A stretch of 64,000 bases of DNA, from assembly GCA_965208575.1 (NCBI GenBank), contig CBDBOV010000006.1:992001-1056000 (forward strand), in the 5' to 3' direction. Position numbers and translations under genes: made by a program. This document shows positions 58,494-64,000 of this stretch, one piece after another. This DNA comes from Spirochaetia bacterium (GTDB taxonomy: Bacteria > Spirochaetota > Spirochaetia > SZUA-6 > Bin103). Position 1 is the first letter of the stretch, and the number at the start of each line of letters is the position of its first letter. Below the pieces are notes generated by a model. It was given only the letters and a program-made list of their open reading frames with translations, did not search any database and was not told the DNA's origin.

Positions 58494-60033
58494 GGGGGCG
58501 GCGGGACCGGTCCTGGTAACCGGCGCCAGCGGCTACGTCGGCGGCCGCCTGGTGCCGCTGCTGGAGGAGCGCGGCGAGCGGGTGCGCTGCCTGGCACGCC
58601 GGCCCGAGCTGCTGGCGGGCCGTTTCGATGCGGCCACCGAGCTGGTTGCCGGCGACGTGCTCAATCCCGCCTCCCTGCGCGGCGCCCTGGCGGGGGTAGC
58701 CACCGCCTACTACCTGGTGCACGCGCTCGGCTCACGCGGCCACTTCGAGGAGGAGGAGGAACGGGCGGCGCACACGTTCGCCACCGCCGCCCGTGCCGCC
58801 GGCGTGCGGCGCATCGTTTACCTCGGCGGCCTGGTCACCGCCGGCAGCGCGCTGCCCGGCACCGCGCTGCCCGGCTCCGCCCACATGCGCAGCCGGCTGA
58901 AGGTGGGCGAGATCCTGCGCGCCTGCGGCATCCCCACGGTCGAGTTCCGGGCCTCGATCATTATCGGCGCCGGCAGCCTCTCGTTCGAGATGATCCGGGC
59001 GCTGGTGCAGCGGCTGCCGGTCATGGTGACGCCGCGCTGGGTCACGGTGCAGGCGCAGCCGATCGCCATCGGCGACGTGCTCGCCTACCTGGCGGCCGCC
59101 CTCGACCTGCCGCCGGCCGGCGCGCGGGTGTTCGAGATCGGCGGCGGCGCGGTGACCACCTACCGCGGGCTGATGCAGGAGTATGCGCGGCAGCGCGGCA
59201 CGCGGCGGCTGTTCCTGCCGGTGCCGCTGCTCACGCCGCACCTTTCCAGCCTGTGGCTCGGCCTGGTCACCCCCCTGTTCGCACGCGTCGGCCGCAAGCT
59301 GATCGAGAGCATCACCGTGCCGAGCGTGGTGCGTGACGCCGGCGCCGCGCGCGCGTTCGCGATCCGCCCGTGCGACTACCGCAGCGCGATCCGCCGGGCG
59401 CTGGCCGAGGAGGATGCCCGCTTCGTTGCCACCCGCTGGGCGGACGCCCGCTCCGCCCTCGCCGGCGTGCCGCGGCGCTGGGGCGGCGTGCGCTTCGGCA
59501 CGCGCCTGGTCGACTCCCGCACGGTCACCGCCGCCGCGGCGCCGGACGCGGCGTTCGCTCCGGTGCAGGGCATCGGCGGCGCCGCCGGTTGGTACTACGG
59601 CAACGCCCTGTGGCGCCTGCGCGGGGTGCTGGACCGTCTGGCAGGCGGCCCCGGCATGAAGCGCGGGCGCCGCGACGCGCGCGAGCTGCGCCCCGGCGAC
59701 GTGGTCGACTGTTGGCGGGTGCTGGCGTGCGAACCGCCGCACCGGCTCACGCTGGAGGCCGAGATGCGCCTGCCGGGACGGGCCTGGCTGCAGTTCGAGG
59801 TCACCCCTTGTGAACGCGGCGCGCGCATCCGCCAGACCGCGCTGTTCGATCCCGTGGGCGTAACCGGTCTGGCATACTGGTACCTGCTGTACCCGGCCCA
59901 CGTGCTGATCTTCCGCGGCATGCTGCGCGGCGTGGCAACCCGCGCCACCGGGAGCGGCGCCGGCCCCCGGCACCGTTCCCACCTCACCCGCTCGGAGGAA
60001 CATCCGGGAGCAGAGGCAGGCAGCAGCAGATGA
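58444..60033 (+). CDS. SDR/NmrA-like oxidoreductase with DUF2867 domain (YbjT-like)
   Basis: TGASGYVG, YYLVH, QPIAI.DV, GWY..LW..RG..D, AEMRLPG.AWL; start uncertain. Confidence 0.88.
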   Translation: MRRTRYASGSGSPASSEGAAGPVLVTGASGYVGGRLVPLLEERGERVRCLARRPELLAGRFDAATELVAGDVLNPASLRGALAGVATAYYLVHALGSRGHFEEEEERAAHTFATAARAAGVRRIVYLGGLVTAGSALPGTALPGSAHMRSRLKVGEILRACGIPTVEFRASIIIGAGSLSFEMIRALVQRLPVMVTPRWVTVQAQPIAIGDVLAYLAAALDLPPAGARVFEIGGGAVTTYRGLMQEYARQRGTRRLFLPVPLLTPHLSSLWLGLVTPLFARVGRKLIESITVPSVVRDAGAARAFAIRPCDYRSAIRRALAEEDARFVATRWADARSALAGVPRRWGGVRFGTRLVDSRTVTAAAAPDAAFAPVQGIGGAAGWYYGNALWRLRGVLDRLAGGPGMKRGRRDARELRPGDVVDCWRVLACEPPHRLTLEAEMRLPGRAWLQFEVTPCERGARIRQTALFDPVGVTGLAYWYLLYPAHVLIFRGMLRGVATRATGSGAGPRHRSHLTRSEEHPGAEAGSSR

Positions 60034-60075
60034 CAGGATGTTGTCACGTAGTCTGATTGATGCCAACATGAGGTA

Positions 60076-60342
60076 ATGATCAGGACCCAGGTGCAGTTTA
60101 CCGAGCAGCAGTTGAGCCTCTTGAAACGACTGGCGACGGCCCGTGGCGTCTCAGTTGCCGAGTTGGTCCGCAATGGCGTGGACCTGTTGCTGGACGCAGC
60201 GAAGCACGCGCCGGAGACAGACAGGGCGCGGCGGGCGCTCGCGGTCGCCGGGCAATTTCGCTCCGGTCGCAACGACGTAGCGCGACATCACGACCGGTAC
60301 CTCGGTGCGGCCTATGGAACGCCGCAAGCGGGCGCGGAATGA
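60076..60342 (+). CDS. RHH/CopG antitoxin (VapB-like)
   Basis: MIRTQVQFT..SVAELVR..D.ARHHDRYL. Confidence 0.85.
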   Translation: MIRTQVQFTEQQLSLLKRLATARGVSVAELVRNGVDLLLDAAKHAPETDRARRALAVAGQFRSGRNDVARHHDRYLGAAYGTPQAGAE

Positions 60343-60734
60343 GCGTATTTGTCGACACCTCCGCGCTCTATGCGGTGCTGGATGCCGATGATGATGAGCA
60401 CACAGCGGCGCTCGAGGCGTGGACCGGCTTGATCCATGCGCAGATATCAATGTGCACCTCCAATTACGTATGCGTGGAGAGTGCCGCCCTGCTTCAGTCG
60501 CGGATCGGCATGCGCGCCGTTCGGGCGCTGTTCGAAGATCTCCTGCCAGTTATGTCGGTGGCGTTGATCGACCAAGCGCTGCACGCCCAGGCCGTGGCCA
60601 GCCTGCTCGACGCTGACCGCCGCCGGCTGAGTCTCGTCGACTGCGCGAGCTTCGCAGTGATGCGGCAGCGTGGGATCATGACGGCGTTCGCCTACGATCC
60701 GCACTTCGAAGAGCGAGGGTTCCAACTCGTGTAG
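60339..60734 (+). CDS. vapC: VapC PIN-domain toxin
   Basis: FVDTSA, V.E, SLVDC.SF, D.HF. Confidence 0.9.
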   Translation: MSVFVDTSALYAVLDADDDEHTAALEAWTGLIHAQISMCTSNYVCVESAALLQSRIGMRAVRALFEDLLPVMSVALIDQALHAQAVASLLDADRRRLSLVDCASFAVMRQRGIMTAFAYDPHFEERGFQLV

Positions 60735-60834
60735 CCCCTCGGCCGCGTCCCCCGCAAATGGTGGCCCGGCGGAGCAGCCGGCGGGCTGGACCGTCGTCGA
60801 TGCACCTGCTTACACTGCGCCGCGGAGGTGAACC

Positions 60835-62490
60835 ATGGCTGAACCGCGCTGCATCGGCATCGACTTCGGCACCGACTCGGTGCGCGTGGTGGTGATTCGC
60901 GCCGACACCGGAGCCCAGGAAGCGCGCGCCGTGGAGGCCTACCCGCGCTGGAGCGAGGGCCGCTACTGCGACGCCGCCGCCAACCGGTTCCGCCAGCATC
61001 CGCTCGACTACATCGAGAGCCTGGAGCGCGCCTGCCGTGCGGTGTCCGCCCAACTGAGCGGCGCGCAGCGCGACAGCATCATCGGCATCGGCGTCGACAC
61101 CACCGCCTCCACGCTGGCCGCCGTGGACGAGGCGGGCACGCCGCTGGCCCTCGGCGAGCGGTTTGCCGACAACCCCAACGCCATGTTCGTGCTGTGGAAG
61201 GATCACACCGCCGTGCGCGAGGCCGACGAGATCAACGCCCTGGCGCGCACCTGGGGCGGCATCGACTACACCTGTTACTCGGGTGGCGTGTATTCCTCGG
61301 AGTGGTTCTGGGCCAAGGCGCTGCACGTGCTGCGCGCCGACGCAGAGGTGGCGGCGGCGGCCTGGTCGTGGACCGAGCACTGCGACTGGATCCCCGGCCT
61401 GCTGACCGGCAACACGGCGCCCGCCGAGTTGCACCGCGGGCGCGCCGCGGCCGGCCACAAGGCGATGTGGCACGCGTCCTGGGGCGGCCTGCCCGGCTCC
61501 GACTTCCTGGGCCGACTCGATGCGCGGCTGGCCACCCTGCGCGAGCGCCTGTACGACCATTCGTCGACCTCCGACCAGAGCGCCGGCACGCTGTCCGCCG
61601 AGTGGGCGCAGCGGCTCGGCCTGCCCGCCGGGATCACGGTCGCGGTCGGCGGCTGCGACGCGCACTTCGGCGCCGTGGGCGGCGGTGTACGCCCCGGCAC
61701 GGTGGCGAAGATCCTGGGCACCTCCACCTGCGACATGATCGTGGCCGACCCCGGCGCCATCGGCGAGCGCGCCATCGCCGGCATCTGCGGCCAGGTGGAC
61801 GGCTCCATCGTGCCCGGCCTGATCGGCCTGGAGGCGGGCCAGTCGGCGTACGGCGACGTGTACGCCTGGTTCCGCGACCTGCTGTGCTGGCCGCTGCGCT
61901 CGCTGGCCGCCGGGCAGCGCGCGGGTATCGCCGACCGCCTGCTCGACGACCTCTCCGACGCGGCGGCCGCGCTGCCGGTCGACCCGGCCGGCATCCTGAG
62001 CCTGGACTGGTTCAACGGCCGGCGCACCCCGAACGCCGATGCGGGCCTGAAGGCGGCGATCACCGGCCTCACCCTCGGCGCCGACGCCCCGGCGGTGTAC
62101 CGGTCCCTGGTCGAAGCCACCGCCTACGGCAGCCGCGCCATCAACGAGCACCTGGCCGCCGCCGGCATCCCGGTGGACGAGATCATCGCCCTCGGCGGCA
62201 TCTCGCAGCGCTCCGACTTCGCCGTGCAGGTGGCCGCCGACGTGCTCGGCATGCCGATCAAGGTATCGGCCACCGAGGAAGGCCCCGCCCTCGGCGCCGC
62301 GATGTGCGCCGCCACCGCCGCCGGCCACTACGCCACCGTGCAGGAGGCGCAGGCCGCCATGGCGCCCGGCTTCAAGGCCACCTTCGAGCCCGACCCCGCG
62401 CGTGCCGCCCACCATACCGAAGGCTACCAGCGCTACCGCGCCCTCGCCGAAGCGGTAGAATCCGCCCCCTGGCGCCCCGCCGCGCCGTAG
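60835..62490 (+). CDS. araB: Ribulokinase
   Basis: GIDFGTDSVR, RQHPLDY, LWKDHTA, SSEWFWAK, AAGHKA.W, DWFNGRRTP. Confidence 0.93.
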   Translation: MAEPRCIGIDFGTDSVRVVVIRADTGAQEARAVEAYPRWSEGRYCDAAANRFRQHPLDYIESLERACRAVSAQLSGAQRDSIIGIGVDTTASTLAAVDEAGTPLALGERFADNPNAMFVLWKDHTAVREADEINALARTWGGIDYTCYSGGVYSSEWFWAKALHVLRADAEVAAAAWSWTEHCDWIPGLLTGNTAPAELHRGRAAAGHKAMWHASWGGLPGSDFLGRLDARLATLRERLYDHSSTSDQSAGTLSAEWAQRLGLPAGITVAVGGCDAHFGAVGGGVRPGTVAKILGTSTCDMIVADPGAIGERAIAGICGQVDGSIVPGLIGLEAGQSAYGDVYAWFRDLLCWPLRSLAAGQRAGIADRLLDDLSDAAAALPVDPAGILSLDWFNGRRTPNADAGLKAAITGLTLGADAPAVYRSLVEATAYGSRAINEHLAAAGIPVDEIIALGGISQRSDFAVQVAADVLGMPIKVSATEEGPALGAAMCAATAAGHYATVQEAQAAMAPGFKATFEPDPARAAHHTEGYQRYRALAEAVESAPWRPAAP

Positions 62491-62534
62491 CCCGCATCCC
62501 GTGCGCACTCGGAGCCGGCCCAATTGATTCGAAC

Positions 62535-62558
62535 GAGCTAAAATAGCTACTATAGCTC
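62535..62558. promoter_or_regulatory. Probable autoregulatory operator/-10 of Phd-PIN pair
   Basis: GAGCTA-aaa-TAGCTA-cta-TAGCTC repeats overlapping TACTAT. Confidence 0.5.
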
Positions 62559-62560
62559 CT

Positions 62561-62812
62561 ATGAAGGACTTTACCGCCAGAGACGCCAAGAACCGCTTCG
62601 GTCAGTTGCTCGATGCTGCGCAGCGAAGTCCTGTCAGGGTGACCAAGAATGGCCGCGCCGTCACGGTGATGCTGTCGACCGAGCTCTATGACCAGCTCCG
62701 CAGCGCGGCGTGGGATCGTCTGACCGCGACCATGGACGCCATGGGAGAGGAGGCCACCGCAAGAGGCTTGACCGAAGCCAAACTCGACGCGCTTCTTGCG
62801 AATGACAGCTGA
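62561..62812 (+). CDS. Phd/YefM antitoxin
   Basis: ARDAKNRFGQLLD.A...PV.VTKNGR. Confidence 0.9.
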   Translation: MKDFTARDAKNRFGQLLDAAQRSPVRVTKNGRAVTVMLSTELYDQLRSAAWDRLTATMDAMGEEATARGLTEAKLDALLANDS

Positions 62813-63227
62813 GCGAATCGTGGTCGACACCAATGTCCTGATCAGCGCAGCGCTGACGCCCGCGGGAACGCCGCGCGCCGTCGTGGACAGGATACGGGAA
62901 GCGGGTGGAGTGCTCCTGTTCGCCAACGAGACCATCAAGGAGATCCACAGCCGCCTCTTTCGACCGAAGTTCGATGGCTACGTGAGTCGCACAACCAGGA
63001 CGCAATTCATAGTGCAGCTACTGGGTGTTTCAGAGCGTGTCTCGATCACCGGAGCCAAGCTCGGATGTGCAGACCCGAAAGACGACAAGTTCCTGGAGAC
63101 GGCGATGGTTGGCGAGGCGGAGTGCCTGATCACGGGAGATCGCCACCTTCTGGACATGACCCCGTATCGCGGTATTCCTATCGTCACCGCCGCGGCGTTC
63201 CTGACCTCGTTCGCTGCTCCGAACTGA
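62802..63227 (+). CDS. PIN-domain toxin
   Basis: VVDTNVLISA, DPKDDKFLE.A, ITGD.HLL. Confidence 0.9.
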   Translation: MTAERIVVDTNVLISAALTPAGTPRAVVDRIREAGGVLLFANETIKEIHSRLFRPKFDGYVSRTTRTQFIVQLLGVSERVSITGAKLGCADPKDDKFLETAMVGEAECLITGDRHLLDMTPYRGIPIVTAAAFLTSFAAPN

Positions 63228-63275
63228 CCCCGCGGGCCGGACGCCAAGTGCGCAGCACCGGCGAGTTCCGTCAGT

Positions 63276-64000
63276 TTACCGGTTCCAGGCGGCGGCGATT
63301 TCCCTTACGCAATCGGTGAGGGCCGGGACCGGGTTGTTGACGTCGCCTTCGTACTCGATGATCGGCACGCCGTCGAAGCCTACCTCCCCGAGCGCGGTGA
63401 CCAGGGCGGGCAGGTCGAGGATGCCGGTACCGATCACGACGTCCACCGGCTCGCGGTCGCGGGAGTAGACGAAGTCCTTGAGGTGCACGCCCATCAACCG
63501 GTCGCCGAAGCGGCGCACCATCTTGACCGGGTCCTCGCGCGAGTCGATCGCCCAGGCGGTGTCCAGCATCAGCCCGATGCGCGGGCCGGTGCGCCGGAAC
63601 ACCTCCTCCAGCATCTGCGCGTTGCCGAGCCAGTGGGCGCCGCCGTGGTTGTGCAGCGCCACGTTCACGTCGTACCGTTCGGCGAGGCGCTCGGCGGCGG
63701 CGAACGTGTCCCACGACGCCGGCGGAGTGACGTCGGCGCTGATCACCGGCAGGCCCGCCTTGCGGGCGAACCGGAAGTAGCACTCGGCGCCGGCGGCGTC
63801 GCCCGTGATCGAGTTGACCCCGCAGCTCACCAGCCGCACGCCGGCGTCGCGGTACGCTGCGATGGCCGCGTCGTGGGCGCCCTCGTCGGCGAAGTCGATG
63901 TGCACGCGACACGGCTCGACCGCCGCCAGCCCGATCTCCCCGGCCTTGGCGGCGACCTCTTCGTTGCTGGCGAAGCCGCGGAAGCAGTAGCTCTGCACGG
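63276..64000 (-). CDS. Sugar phosphate isomerase/epimerase-fold protein (5' end outside window)
   Basis: QSYCFR, LHNHG, LDTAW, VHLKD, IEYEG. Confidence 0.85.
   Translation of the reverse strand, partial: VQSYCFRGFASNEEVAAKAGEIGLAAVEPCRVHIDFADEGAHDAAIAAYRDAGVRLVSCGVNSITGDAAGAECYFRFARKAGLPVISADVTPPASWDTFAAAERLAERYDVNVALHNHGGAHWLGNAQMLEEVFRRTGPRIGLMLDTAWAIDSREDPVKMVRRFGDRLMGVHLKDFVYSRDREPVDVVIGTGILDLPALVTALGEVGFDGVPIIEYEGDVNNPVPALTDCVREIAAAWNR

Noticed and set aside
1-64000. rRNA, tRNA, intact prophage, integron or full IS
   Set aside because: No such signatures recognised by eye; only relic fragments. tRNAscan, IntegronFinder and ISEScan would confirm

Overview
GC-rich bacterial chromosomal segment. 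The gene content (DppA-type binding proteins with 'AAGTEE' N-termini, two PhyH dioxygenases, several AP-endonuclease-2-fold isomerases, NHL/WD40 proteins, a serpin) resembles host-associated, e.g. sponge-symbiont Spirochaetaceae-like, genomes; this is inference only. The backbone is metabolic: two peptide-type ABC clusters (one binding protein frameshifted), oxidoreductases, ppk2, an FMN-riboswitch rib operon with an unusual RibE-RibB fusion, hisD, uxaC-eda, hemB, mmsA, araB, a GH32 and a zinc-starvation-type cassette (ZnuA with an 11x HDEDEHD repeat, COG0523, WD40, Cys-rich ferredoxin reading through into Asp-type HemB). Many small, visibly lower-GC conflict modules sit between these genes: HicAB, Uma2, DUF6922-AbiEii relic, ABC-ATPase+DUF4276, MNT-like+HEPN, a toxin-antitoxin-SecB chaperone (TAC) triad, VapBC and Phd-PIN. 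The best novel-system candidate is an ABC-ATPase + TOPRIM-like + KAP-NTPase operon next to an orphan adenine methyltransferase. Other patterns are numerous gene stubs, two tyrosine-recombinase relics, an IS3 relic, short tandem duplications and widespread -10 boxes 6-9 nt before start codons (leaderless-type genes). No rRNA, tRNA or CRISPR array was seen. All family assignments come from motif recognition by eye, not database searches.
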